A DNA stretch of 64,000 nucleotides from Pseudomonas aeruginosa PAO1 (lineage in GTDB: Bacteria; Pseudomonadota; Gammaproteobacteria; Pseudomonadales; Pseudomonadaceae): assembly GCF_000006765.1 (NCBI RefSeq), contig NC_002516.2. One strand, given 5' to 3'. Shown piece by piece: positions 20,374 through 29,678 of the stretch (positions are counted from its first letter, which is position 1; every line of letters begins with the position of its first letter). The position numbers were made by a program, and so were the translations under genes. A model generated the notes under the pieces. That model was not told the DNA's origin, did not search any database, and saw only the letters and a list, made by a program, of their open reading frames with translations.

Positions 20374-20892
20374 TCATTTCTTTGCGGTCTGGCAGAACGG
20401 CGCGAGCGAACGCTTCACGATCTTCGCGCAGCTGTCGACGGATTCGCCCGAGCATTTCTGACCCAGGCGCAGCCCGTCCTTGTCCACCGCCCAGCGCTGG
20501 CCGGAGATGTCCTCGCGGTGCACCACCTTGCAGGTGGCGCTGTCGTAGGACACCAGCTCGGCGCTGGAGCCGCTGAATTCATGCATCAGCACGCGCCGGC
20601 CGTCCTGGCTCAGGAACACGCCGCCGCGCGACCAGATGCCGCCGTCCTCTATGCGGCAATCGTTGCCGCTGTCGCGGTCGGCCAGGTAGACCGGCGGTTC
20701 GGGAAAGGCATCGGGGTTGTCGTCGTTGGGATCCTCGTTGCTGAACATCACGCGGACGTGCTCGTCCTCGCCGCCGAACATGTTCGGCGAGCCGAACTGG
20801 GGCACGATTTCCAGCTGGGTGAAAGTACAGTCCGCCGCCTGGGCCGAAAGGCTCAGGAAGAGAGCGGCGAAGCTGCCGGCGAGCAGTTTCAT
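20374..20892 (-). CDS. tsi1: Periplasmic immunity protein Tsi1
   Basis: Signal peptide MKLLAGSFAALFLSLSAQA, 172 aa, Cys-rich, directly upstream of tse1. Confidence 0.95.
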   Translation of the reverse strand: MKLLAGSFAALFLSLSAQAADCTFTQLEIVPQFGSPNMFGGEDEHVRVMFSNEDPNDDNPDAFPEPPVYLADRDSGNDCRIEDGGIWSRGGVFLSQDGRRVLMHEFSGSSAELVSYDSATCKVVHREDISGQRWAVDKDGLRLGQKCSGESVDSCAKIVKRSLAPFCQTAKK

Positions 20893-21047
20893 GGGGCGGG
20901 TTCTCCGTTGGGCCGCCAGGGCGGCGAAAGGATGGACCAGGCCGCGCCGGGCGCGAACGGAAGCGCCGCCTGACGACAGCAGGCGGAAAGCGGCGAAGAG
21001 GGGACGTGGGGCGCACGCGAACCGGCGCGGATGGGGCGCGGCGAGTC

Positions 21048-21065
21048 GAAACATATCCCTGTTTC
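21048..21065 (-). promoter_or_regulatory. RsmA/RsmN-type GGA hairpin in the tsi1-tse1 leader
   Basis: Minus strand GAAACA-GGGATA-TGTTTC presents ANGGA in a hexaloop; a second ACGGAG overlaps the tsi1 RBS (about 20901-20908). Confidence 0.5.
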
Positions 21066-21253
21066 CTCGAAGTCATCGTCCTTGATCGCCAGGGCGGGCC
21101 TGGGAGCCCGGCTAGCATACGTGGCGGCCGAAGCCGGTGGAATGCTGGCGAAATGGCGGCTCATGCCCGGGGCGAGTTCGCCCGCCGTTGTGAAAGTGCG
21201 GCGCAGAGAGGCGGGTTTGCTAGAATCGCCCGTCGCCGAGTGAGGAGTGGTTC

Positions 21254-23542
21254 ATGTTGCCAAGACCGTTGGTTGGGTTGGCCTTCGTTTTGTCGTCTTT
21301 TATCCAGTCTGTTTCCGCTGCTGAAATTTCCTATAGCCGTGACGTCCAGCCGATCTTTACCGCCAAGTGCGTCGCCTGCCACGCCTGCTACGATTCGCCC
21401 TGCCAGCTCAACCTGAGCAGCGCCGAGGGCGCGCAGCGCGGCGCCAACCAACTGCCGGTCTACGACGGCACGCGGACCAAGGCGCAGGAAACCACCCGCC
21501 TGTACCTCGATGCGCACGGTGCCGACGCCTGGCGGCGCAAGGACTTCTGGTCGGTGCTCGAACCGCAGGACGGCCAGGCCGCACTGATGGCGCGGATGCT
21601 CGAGCTTGGCCACAGCCAGCCGTTGCAGCCGAATGCGAAGATCCCCGAAGGCCTGGACATTTCGATCAACCGCGCCAACCAGTGCCCGACGCCGGCCAGC
21701 ATCGATGCGTTCATCCGCAAGAACCCAGGTTCCGGCATGCCTTTCGCGGTGGCCGGGCTGAGCGACGACGAATACGCCACTTTGCAGAAGTGGCTGGCCG
21801 CGGGCGCCCCGGTCGACCAGCAGCCGTTGCGGCCGACCGCCGCCGAGGCGCGCCAGGTGGCCAGCTGGGAGCGTTTCCTCAACCAGCCTGGGGCCAAGCA
21901 GAGCCTGGTCTCGCGCTGGCTCTACGAGCACCTGTTCCTGGCGCACCTGTATTTCCCGGAACAGGGCGCGCCCGGCCACTTCTTCCAGCTGGTGCGTTCA
22001 CGCACGCCCAGCGGCCAGCCGATCGACCCGATCCCGACCCGGCGTCCCAACGACGATCCGGGCAACAGCTTCTATTACCGCCTCTGGCCGATCCAGGGCG
22101 TGATCGTACACAAGACGCACATCACCTATCCGCTGACGGCGAAGAAGCTGGAACGCGTCCAGGAGCTGTTCTTCGGCACCCAGTGGAACACCGACAAGGT
22201 TCCCGGCTACGGCGTGCAGAGCCGTGCCAACCCGTTCGCCACCTTCGCCGCGATCCCGCCACGGGCGCGCTACCAGTTCATGCTGGACAACGCCGAATAC
22301 TTCACCCGTACCTTCATCCGCGGGCCGGTGTGCCGTGGACAGATCGCCACCGACGTGATCCGCGACAACTTCTGGGTGGTATTCCAGGACCCCGAGCAGG
22401 ACCTGTTCGTCACCGACGCCAACTTCCGCGCGCAGAGCGAGCCGCTGCTGGCCTTGCCGGGGCAGATCGACGAGCTGAAGAACCTGCTCGGCCTGTGGAG
22501 CGCCTACCGGGACAAGCGCAACGAGTACGAAGACCTGCGCCAGGACGTCTACGCCGACGCGCCGCCGCCGACCTGGAACACGATCTGGCACGGCAACGAC
22601 AACGCCCTGCTGAGCATCTTCCGCCAGTTCGACAGCGCCTCGGTGCGCAAGGGACTGCTTGGCGAGGTACCGCAGACCCTGTGGCTGATGGACTACCCGC
22701 TGTTCGAGCGAACCTACTACGGGCTGGTGGTGAACTTCGATGTCTTCGGCAACGTCTCGCACCAGGCGCAGACGCGGCTGTACTTCGACCTGATCCGCAA
22801 CGGCGCCGAGCAGAACTTCCTCCGCCTGATGCCGGTCGACGCGCGCCAGCCGTTGCTCGACGACTGGTACCAGAACAGCGGCAAGCTGAAGATGTGGATG
22901 GACTACCAGGCCTTCGACGACGACACGCCGAGCGCGCTGGGATTGCCGGAGAAGCAGCCGAAGAAGGCCTTCGCCGAAGAACTGCTGCGTCGCTACGGCG
23001 ACCTCAATGCGCGTCCCGACCCGATCAACCGCTGCCTGGACGGCAACTGCTATCGACCGGGCATCGACCGCGAACTGCAGGACGCCGAGCAGGCCTTCAG
23101 TCGCCTGGTGAGCCGGCCGGCGGCCGGCCTCAAGGTCATCGAGCGCTTCCCCGAGGCGTCCATGCTGCGGATACGTACGTCCAGCGGCAAGCGCGAGGTC
23201 TATACCGTGCTGCGCAACCGCGCGCACAGCAATGTCGCCTTCATGCTCGGCGAGTCGCTGCGCTACCAGCCGGGCCTGGACACCCTGACGATCTACCCGG
23301 GCGTGCTGTCCAGCTACCCGAACTTCATGTTCGATCTGCCGGCGACGGATGCCGAGGCCTTCGTCGGCGCCCTGGAGGCGGCGAAGAGCGGCGAGGACTT
23401 CGACAAGGTGGTCGAACGCTGGGGCGTGCGCCGCAGCAATCCGCAGTTCTGGAGCTACTTCCACGATCTCGAGGCGTACATCCGCGAAACCGAGCCGGTC
23501 GAGGCGGGCGCACTGGACATGAACCGCTACGAGAACCTCTGA
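21254..23542 (+). CDS. cti: Fatty acid cis/trans isomerase (periplasmic, heme c)
   Basis: Signal peptide, CVACH heme-c motif, CYDSPCQLNL, FIRGPVCRGQIA, 762 aa. Confidence 0.95.
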   Translation: MLPRPLVGLAFVLSSFIQSVSAAEISYSRDVQPIFTAKCVACHACYDSPCQLNLSSAEGAQRGANQLPVYDGTRTKAQETTRLYLDAHGADAWRRKDFWSVLEPQDGQAALMARMLELGHSQPLQPNAKIPEGLDISINRANQCPTPASIDAFIRKNPGSGMPFAVAGLSDDEYATLQKWLAAGAPVDQQPLRPTAAEARQVASWERFLNQPGAKQSLVSRWLYEHLFLAHLYFPEQGAPGHFFQLVRSRTPSGQPIDPIPTRRPNDDPGNSFYYRLWPIQGVIVHKTHITYPLTAKKLERVQELFFGTQWNTDKVPGYGVQSRANPFATFAAIPPRARYQFMLDNAEYFTRTFIRGPVCRGQIATDVIRDNFWVVFQDPEQDLFVTDANFRAQSEPLLALPGQIDELKNLLGLWSAYRDKRNEYEDLRQDVYADAPPPTWNTIWHGNDNALLSIFRQFDSASVRKGLLGEVPQTLWLMDYPLFERTYYGLVVNFDVFGNVSHQAQTRLYFDLIRNGAEQNFLRLMPVDARQPLLDDWYQNSGKLKMWMDYQAFDDDTPSALGLPEKQPKKAFAEELLRRYGDLNARPDPINRCLDGNCYRPGIDRELQDAEQAFSRLVSRPAAGLKVIERFPEASMLRIRTSSGKREVYTVLRNRAHSNVAFMLGESLRYQPGLDTLTIYPGVLSSYPNFMFDLPATDAEAFVGALEAAKSGEDFDKVVERWGVRRSNPQFWSYFHDLEAYIRETEPVEAGALDMNRYENL

Positions 23543-23585
23543 GTCTCGCGACCCGCTCCACAAGGGGCGGGTCGGTTATCGCGAA

Positions 23586-23611
23586 TTATTCCTACTAATT
23601 TACTAGGGCTT
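23586..23611. promoter_or_regulatory. IscR type-1-like site upstream of nfuA
   Basis: TTATTCCTACTAATTTACTAGGGCTT: CCTA-N9-TAGG with an AATTTAC core like E. coli isc operators; nfuA is a known IscR target. Confidence 0.45.
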
Positions 23612-23664
23612 TATCCGCAAGTACCGATTGGCGTAAACTGTCGGCATATTTGCGAGGAGTTGCC

Positions 23665-24249
23665 ATGAGCGCCATCACCATTACCGAAGCTGCCCAAGCG
23701 TATCTGGCCGAGTTGCTGGAGAAGCAGAGCACCCCGGGTATCGGCATTCGTATCTTCATCACCCAGCCGGGTACCCAGTACGCGGAAACCTGCATCGCCT
23801 ACTGCAAGCCGGGCGAGGAAAAGGTCGAGGACACCGCCATCGCCCTGAAGGACTTCACTGCCTGGATCGATGCGGTCAGCGAGCCCTTCCTCGAAGATGC
23901 GGTGGTGGACTACGCCACCGACCGCATGGGCGGCCAGCTGACCATCAAGGCGCCGAACGCCAAGGTGCCGATGGTCAACGAGGACAGCCCGATCACCGAA
24001 CGCATCAACTACTACCTGCAGACCGAGATCAATCCCGGGCTGGCCAGCCACGGCGGACAGGTGAGCCTGGTCGACGTGGTCGAGGACAACATCGCCGTGT
24101 TGCGTTTCGGCGGCGGTTGTCAGGGCTGCGGGATGGTCGACATGACCCTCAAGGATGGCGTCGAGAAGACCCTGATCGAGCGTATTCCCGAACTGAAGGG
24201 CGTGCGCGACGTGACCGACCACAGCAACAAGGAGAACGCCTACTACTGA
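23665..24249 (+). CDS. nfuA: Fe-S cluster carrier NfuA
   Basis: ATC-like N-domain ([10 protein letters not shown]) plus NifU domain [10 protein letters not shown]...GGGCQGCG (CxxC); GAGGAG RBS, 194 aa. Confidence 0.96.
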
Positions 24250-24270
24250 GGCGTTTCCGTAAGGCAGAAG

Positions 24271-24295
24271 AGGCGACCGCAAGGTCGCCTTTTTC
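24271..24295 (+). terminator. Intrinsic terminator after nfuA
   Basis: AGGCGACC-gcaa-GGTCGCCT-TTTT. Confidence 0.85.
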
Positions 24296-24307
24296 GTTGC
24301 CGGCGTT

Positions 24308-25477
24308 TCAGCGCGACAGCGTCCGCGTTCGCCGTACCGGCCAGAGCAGTGCCAGCGCCACCAGCAGCGCCGGCCAGACCAGCAGGTTCACCGCGTTCCA
24401 GCCAAGGCTGGTGATCAGGGCGCCGGAGCCGAACGACATCAGCGCCGCCACCAGGCTGTTGCCTTGCTCCATCAATCCTTGCGCGGCGCCGCGCTCGCTT
24501 TCGGCGTGGCCCTCGCCGAGCAGGGTGGTGCCGGCGATGAGCATCAGGTTCCAGCCGCTGCCCAGGGCCAGCGAACTGAGCAGGAAATGCGTGACCGACT
24601 GCCCGTCCAGGGCGATGCCGGCACTTGCGGCGAGCAGGAACGCGCCGAGCAGGGCGACGCGACGGTTGCCGATGCGGTCGACCAGCGGTCCGGCGAAGAA
24701 CGCCGGAAGGAACATTCCCAGCACGTGCCACTGGATGACCCGACTCGACTGTTCCAGCGGCAGGCCGCAGAAGCTCATGGCCAGCGGCGTGGCGTTCATG
24801 ATCAGGATCATCAACCCGTGTCCGGTCGCGGTGCAGGCGATGGCCGCGCGGACCACCGGCCGCCGCAACAGGCCGCCTATGTCGCGCCAGGCGAGTCGTG
24901 CCGGGCGTGGCGCCTGGCCTTCGCGGAGCAGAGCCATCAGCAGCAGGCCGGCGAGGGCCAGCACGGCGATCAGCAGATAGGCGCCGACGAAGGGCTGGGC
25001 CAGCGCGTTGCGCGACCACAGCGCCAGGCTCGGCGCCAGCAGCGCGGCGAGTACTCCGCCGGCGAGCACGTAGGCGCTGGCGCGGCCTTTCCGCCCGGCA
25101 TCCACCGCCTCCAGCGCGGCGAACCGGTAGTACATGGCCGAGGCCTGGTAGACCCCGATGCCCAGCGCGCCGAGACAGAACCAGAGGAAATCGCCAGTCC
25201 AGACACCGGCGGCGCAGACCAGGCCGCCGAGCACGCCGCCGCCGGCGCCGAGCATCAGCCCGGGACGTCGGCCGTGGCGCTGCATGAAGTGCGACAACGG
25301 CTGCACCGCCAGCAGGTTGCCCAGCACCAGCAGGGCCAGGGGCAGGGTGGCCAGGCTGTTCAACGGCGCCAGCTGGACGCCGACCAGGGCGGTCAGGGTT
25401 ATGCCGATCAGCGAGCAGGACCAGTACAGGGCCTGGCCGCAGAACAGCAGGAGCAGGGTCGGGTTGCGTAGCAGCAT
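24308..25477 (-). CDS. MFS transporter
   Basis: About 12 hydrophobic segments, MQRHGRRPG and LVDRIGNRR loop motifs. Confidence 0.9.
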   Translation of the reverse strand: MLLRNPTLLLLFCGQALYWSCSLIGITLTALVGVQLAPLNSLATLPLALLVLGNLLAVQPLSHFMQRHGRRPGLMLGAGGGVLGGLVCAAGVWTGDFLWFCLGALGIGVYQASAMYYRFAALEAVDAGRKGRASAYVLAGGVLAALLAPSLALWSRNALAQPFVGAYLLIAVLALAGLLLMALLREGQAPRPARLAWRDIGGLLRRPVVRAAIACTATGHGLMILIMNATPLAMSFCGLPLEQSSRVIQWHVLGMFLPAFFAGPLVDRIGNRRVALLGAFLLAASAGIALDGQSVTHFLLSSLALGSGWNLMLIAGTTLLGEGHAESERGAAQGLMEQGNSLVAALMSFGSGALITSLGWNAVNLLVWPALLVALALLWPVRRTRTLSR

Positions 25478-25481
25478 GGCG

Positions 25482-25724
25482 TCACTCCGGACAACCGCCG
25501 GGCCTGACGACGCGTCGGCTGGAGGCGGGGTGACGGGCTAGCGCATCCCGCGGACGCCTTGGCCGGGCCAGCAGTTCGCCGCCGCAGTTCGGGCATTGGC
25601 CGCCTAGGCGGACCGTCGCGCAGTCGCGGCAGAAGGTGCACTCGAAGGTGCAGATCAGCGCGTCGCCGCTGTCGCCGGGCAGGTCGCGGTCGCAGCACTC
25701 GCAGTTGGGGCGCAGTTCCAGCAT
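25482..25724 (-). CDS. DUF1272 Cys-rich small protein
   Basis: MLELRPNCECCDRDLP...ICTFECTFCRDC...CPNCGGEL..RP; GAGGA RBS. Confidence 0.9.
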   Translation of the reverse strand: MLELRPNCECCDRDLPGDSGDALICTFECTFCRDCATVRLGGQCPNCGGELLARPRRPRDALARHPASSRRVVRPGGCPE

Positions 25725-25746
25725 GGGAAGGTCCTCGGTGGGAGCG

Positions 25747-26751
25747 TCAGGCCAGCATGCCGAAGCGTTCGGCGTATTCCTGGGGGCTGACCGAAAGATG
25801 CTTGTGGAACGTCCGCCGGAGGTTTTCCGGATGGCCGAAGCCGCACAGCCGGGACACCGTGGCGATCGACGCCTGGGCGTCCTGCAGCAGGGCGCGCGCG
25901 GCCTCCAGGCGAACCCGCTCGACGTAGCGACCGGGCGCCACGCCCAGTTCCTGGAGAAATACCCGGGACAGCGTACGCGGGCTCATGCAGGCCTGGTCGG
26001 CGAGGGCTTCCAGGGACAGGTCGCCGGCGAGGTTGGCGGGAATCCACTCCAGCAGCGCGGCCAGACGCGGGGTGCGGCTCGGTTCCGGGGTCAGCCAGGC
26101 GCTGAACTGGGCCTGGCCGCCAGGACGCTTGAGGAACATCACCAGGCGTCGCGCGACGCTGAGCGCCAGGCTGCGGCCGAGGTCGGCCTCGACCAGCGCC
26201 AGGGCCAGGTCGATTCCCGCCGTGACGCCGGCCGAGGTGAAGATGTGGGCGTCGCCGTCGCGGCACCGCGGGTCGTAGGTGTGCAGGCGGTCGCCTTGCA
26301 CATGGACGCCGGGAAACCCCTGGCGCAGCGTCGCCACGTCGGCCCAGTGGGTGGTCGCCGGGCGCCCGTCGAGAACCCCGGCGGCGGCCAGGATCAGCGC
26401 TCCCGAACACACCGAGCCGAGCCGCCGTATGCACGGTTCGGCGGCTTTCAGCCAGGCGAGCAGGTCGGCGTTGCGGGTCTGCGCCTCGACACCGAGGCCG
26501 CCGGGCACCAACAGGGTGTCCAGGCTTTCCGGCGGACAGTCGCGCCAGGCGAGGTCGGCGCAGATGCGGATGCCCGCGGAACTGGGCACCGCTTCGCTAC
26601 GCTCGCCGAGCACCTGTATCCGGTAGAAAGGCGGCAGGCCCTGGCGCTGGCGTTCGACGTTGGCCGAGGCGAATACCTGCAGCGGTCCGGTCACGTCCAG
26701 GCTCATCACGTCGGGATAGATCAGGCAGGCAATCAGGCGCGGTTCGGGCAT
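25747..26751 (-). CDS. GlxA-type AraC regulator with DJ-1/PfpI sensor domain
   Basis: LLVPGG, GSVCSGA, ATTHW, TSAGVTAGIDLAL, RPGGQAQFS, C-terminal double HTH. Confidence 0.92.
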   Translation of the reverse strand: MPEPRLIACLIYPDVMSLDVTGPLQVFASANVERQRQGLPPFYRIQVLGERSEAVPSSAGIRICADLAWRDCPPESLDTLLVPGGLGVEAQTRNADLLAWLKAAEPCIRRLGSVCSGALILAAAGVLDGRPATTHWADVATLRQGFPGVHVQGDRLHTYDPRCRDGDAHIFTSAGVTAGIDLALALVEADLGRSLALSVARRLVMFLKRPGGQAQFSAWLTPEPSRTPRLAALLEWIPANLAGDLSLEALADQACMSPRTLSRVFLQELGVAPGRYVERVRLEAARALLQDAQASIATVSRLCGFGHPENLRRTFHKHLSVSPQEYAERFGMLA

Positions 26752-26999
26752 GGCACAACCTCATGGCGATGGCGGCAGTCTGGCGTCCTTCGGGCCTGGC
26801 CGCAATGCCAGTCGGCCCACGGATCTTGCCATTCGCTCGCCGGGGCGTCCCGCTGCGCCGATGGTTGGTATCGCCTCGGCACGCCGCATGCCCTATTGTC
26901 TGGTAACGGGTGATGGCTTTTTGACTCATCGCTGCAGAGGCGCCAGGGTATTGTCGTCCAGGCCTGTTTCAGCGTTCGGTCCGAGGTAGGGGAGTCAGC

Positions 27000-28205
27000 A
27001 TGCTTGCACGCGACAGCCTGGTACAGGCTGGTCTGCCGGATAATCCGTATGCGCGCCAGTTGCGCAACGGCTTTCGTTGGTTGCGGTTCGAAAAGGAGCT
27101 GGAAAACGAGTTTCGCGAGTTTCTCAGCTGGAACTCGCTGATGCAGCGGCGCGCTGCCATCGGGGTGGCGTTCCTGATCTGGGCGCTGTTCATCGTGGCC
27201 GACTGGATGATGGTGGACATCCGCCTGCACCCCAGCCTGTTCGAGCAACTGCTGGGCGTGCGCCTGGGAATGATCGGCCTGCTGCTGGTGGTCTGGCCGG
27301 CGGCCTTCCTGCCCAGCCTGCGCAAGGTCGGCGATGCCATCGCCCCCTACTGCCTGCTGCTGATCAACCTGGCGGTGCTGGCCTGCGACGTGCTGTTCGA
27401 GTGGCATGGGGTGCCGCGCTTCACCCAACTGGGCGCGACCCTGGGCATCCTCGCGGTGTTCTTCCCGCTCGGCCTGGCGTTCTGGGCCTGCGTGCGCCTG
27501 GCGTTGCTGTGCCTGGCCCTGAACCTGGCGGTATTCCTGCTTTTCGGCGGCGAAGAGAACCTGCGTACCAACCTGCTGAATACGCTCTACAACGGCCTGG
27601 TGGTGCTGATCTGTTCGTTCGCCCTGTACCTGCAGGACTACGCCCAGCGCGAGCAGTTCCTCGGCCGGCGGCTGCTGGGCATGATGGCCGAACAGGACAG
27701 CCTCACCGGCCTGGTCAACCGACGCTACTACGAGCTGCTCGCCCAGCGGGCCCTGGAGCAGGGCGCCCGCGAAGAAAAGGGAGTGGCGCTGATCCTGGTG
27801 GATGTCGACGACTTCAAGGCCTACAACGACCACTACGGGCATCCGGCCGGCGATGCCGCCCTGCGCCAGCTTGGCGTCGTGCTCCGGCAGGGCGCGCGGC
27901 GGCCGCTGGATATCGCCGCGCGCCTGGGCGGGGAGGAGTTCGCCGTGTTGCTCTACGACAGCGAGGAGGGCAACACCCTGGCCATCGCCGAGCGCCTGCG
28001 GCAGGCGGTGGAGGCGCTGGGCATCGAGCACCTGGGCTCCAGCGCCGGCCCCTGCCTGACCATCAGCCTGGGGGTGGCCTATTCGACCTCCGGCATGGGC
28101 CTGGACGCGCTCTATCGCGAGGCCGACCGCGCGCTCTACGAGGCCAAGGATGCAGGGCGCAACGCGGTGCGCGTGGCGTTCCGGCAGCACGACCGCCTCG
28201 AATAG
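27000..28205 (+). CDS. Membrane-bound diguanylate cyclase
   Basis: About 5-6 TM segments, DSLTGLVNRR, DVDDFKAYNDHYGHPAGD, RPLD I-site five residues before GGEEF. Confidence 0.93.
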   Translation: MLARDSLVQAGLPDNPYARQLRNGFRWLRFEKELENEFREFLSWNSLMQRRAAIGVAFLIWALFIVADWMMVDIRLHPSLFEQLLGVRLGMIGLLLVVWPAAFLPSLRKVGDAIAPYCLLLINLAVLACDVLFEWHGVPRFTQLGATLGILAVFFPLGLAFWACVRLALLCLALNLAVFLLFGGEENLRTNLLNTLYNGLVVLICSFALYLQDYAQREQFLGRRLLGMMAEQDSLTGLVNRRYYELLAQRALEQGAREEKGVALILVDVDDFKAYNDHYGHPAGDAALRQLGVVLRQGARRPLDIAARLGGEEFAVLLYDSEEGNTLAIAERLRQAVEALGIEHLGSSAGPCLTISLGVAYSTSGMGLDALYREADRALYEAKDAGRNAVRVAFRQHDRLE

Positions 28206-28213
28206 AGGAAACG

Positions 28214-28238
28214 AAAAAAGGCGCCCGTGGGCGCCTTT
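28214..28238. terminator. Bidirectional terminator
   Basis: AAAAAAGGCGCC-cgtg-GGCGCCTTT between convergent genes. Confidence 0.8.
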
Positions 28239-28254
28239 CGTCGTATGGAACGGC

Positions 28255-28530
28255 TCAGCCTTGGCTGGGCATACTCCAGTCCTGCAGGTTGTAGCCGTTG
28301 TGGCTGAGTTCTTCGCGTGCCTGTTGCAGCAGGCCGGCAAGCTGCTCCGGATCGGAGTAGGCGGAGCTCGGAATGCGTGCACGGCCCAGCAGGCGGGTGC
28401 CAGTGCGATCGACTACGGACAGGCTCAGGCCGCCGTCACTGCCTAGCTCGGACCAGGCAACGCACTGGTATGGCTGGAAGGCGCGCCCGGTGATCAGCAA
28501 AGCCTCGTTGAAACGGAGCGTAGCGTTCAT
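28255..28530 (-). CDS. Hypothetical protein (91 aa)
   Basis: MNATLRFNEALLITGRAFQPYQCVAW...; plausible start with GAGAG upstream; ends at the terminator. Confidence 0.75.
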   Translation of the reverse strand: MNATLRFNEALLITGRAFQPYQCVAWSELGSDGGLSLSVVDRTGTRLLGRARIPSSAYSDPEQLAGLLQQAREELSHNGYNLQDWSMPSQG

Positions 28531-28814
28531 GGGAGTCGGTCTCTCTCGTTCATGTCTGTGTGGAACATGGGTGGCGCTTCCCGGCTCCACCGTGTTCGGT
28601 CACGCTAACTGATGCTTTCGAAAGCGAAAAAGTCACGGCGTGGCGCGTTTGTGCAACAGGTTGTCGCTTTTTCGAAGGGTTTAGGCGTGCCGAAGCGGTT
28701 AGGCGCGGTGTTTTGTCGCAGAACTCCAGGAGGGCGGCCAGGCCGCCTTGCGCTCGCCGCCCGCGCCTGCACAGCCTAGAATGGCGGCCCACCTGTGGCA
28801 GCGGACCGCTTCGC

Positions 28815-29678
28815 ATGGATATCGACCTCGCCCGTACCTTCCTGGAGATCGCCCGCAGCGGTAGCTTCGTCGCTGCCGCGGAACGCCTGCACCTGACCCA
28901 GACCGCCGTCACCGCGCGCATCCAGAACCTCGAAGGGCAACTCGGCTGCCGGCTGTTCGTGCGCAACCGCGCGGGCGCGCGCCTGACCGCCGACGGCGAG
29001 CACTTCCTCGGCTACGCCAGCCAACTGGTGCAGACCTGGGATGCGGCGCGACGCGACCTGCCGCTGCCGGACGGCTTCCGCAACCTGCTCAACCTCGGTG
29101 GCGAGGTCAGCCTGTGCAATCCGCTGCTGCTGAACTGGATGCGGCGCCTGCGCGAGGCGATTCCCGGCCACGCCGTGCGGGTCGAGATCGGCCAGGGTGC
29201 CGACCTGCTCAAGCAACTGGAGCAGGGCGCGCTGGACGCCGCGCTGGTCTACCAGCCGGAATACTGGCCGGGGCTGCAGGTCGAGCAGTTGCTGGAGGAA
29301 AAGCTGGTGATGGTGCGTTCCGTGCTATCCGCGGAGCCTTATCTGTATGTCGACTGGGGCCCGGATTTCCGCAGCCAGCACGATGCCGCGCTGCCGGACC
29401 GGGCCAAGGCCGCGCTAGCCTGCAACCTCGGTCCGCTGGCCCTGCAGTACATCATGCAGAACGGCGGCAGCGGTTATTTCCGTACCCGGGTGGTGAGCAG
29501 CTACCTGGATGGCGGCACCCTGCAACGGGTCGAGCAGGCGCCGGAGTTCGCCTACCCGACCTACCTGGTGTACTCCCGCGAGCGCCTGTCGCCGACCCTG
29601 CGCCATGCGTTCCAGTTGCTGCGCGAAGTGGTCCGCGAGGACAGCGACTGGTCGCAGCGCTGGGACTACGTGATCTGA
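28815..29678 (+). CDS. LysR-family transcriptional regulator
   Basis: MDIDLARTFLEIARSGSFVAAAERLHLTQTAVTARIQNLEGQLG; start trimmed to 28815. Confidence 0.93.
   Translation: MDIDLARTFLEIARSGSFVAAAERLHLTQTAVTARIQNLEGQLGCRLFVRNRAGARLTADGEHFLGYASQLVQTWDAARRDLPLPDGFRNLLNLGGEVSLCNPLLLNWMRRLREAIPGHAVRVEIGQGADLLKQLEQGALDAALVYQPEYWPGLQVEQLLEEKLVMVRSVLSAEPYLYVDWGPDFRSQHDAALPDRAKAALACNLGPLALQYIMQNGGSGYFRTRVVSSYLDGGTLQRVEQAPEFAYPTYLVYSRERLSPTLRHAFQLLREVVREDSDWSQRWDYVI

Noticed and set aside
28560-28814. N-terminal extensions given by the ORF track for the LysR at 28560, and likewise for metH, tsi1, acp1, lasA, xqhA, str and others
   Set aside because: The extensions lack RBS support and family similarity; downstream starts give canonical domain boundaries.
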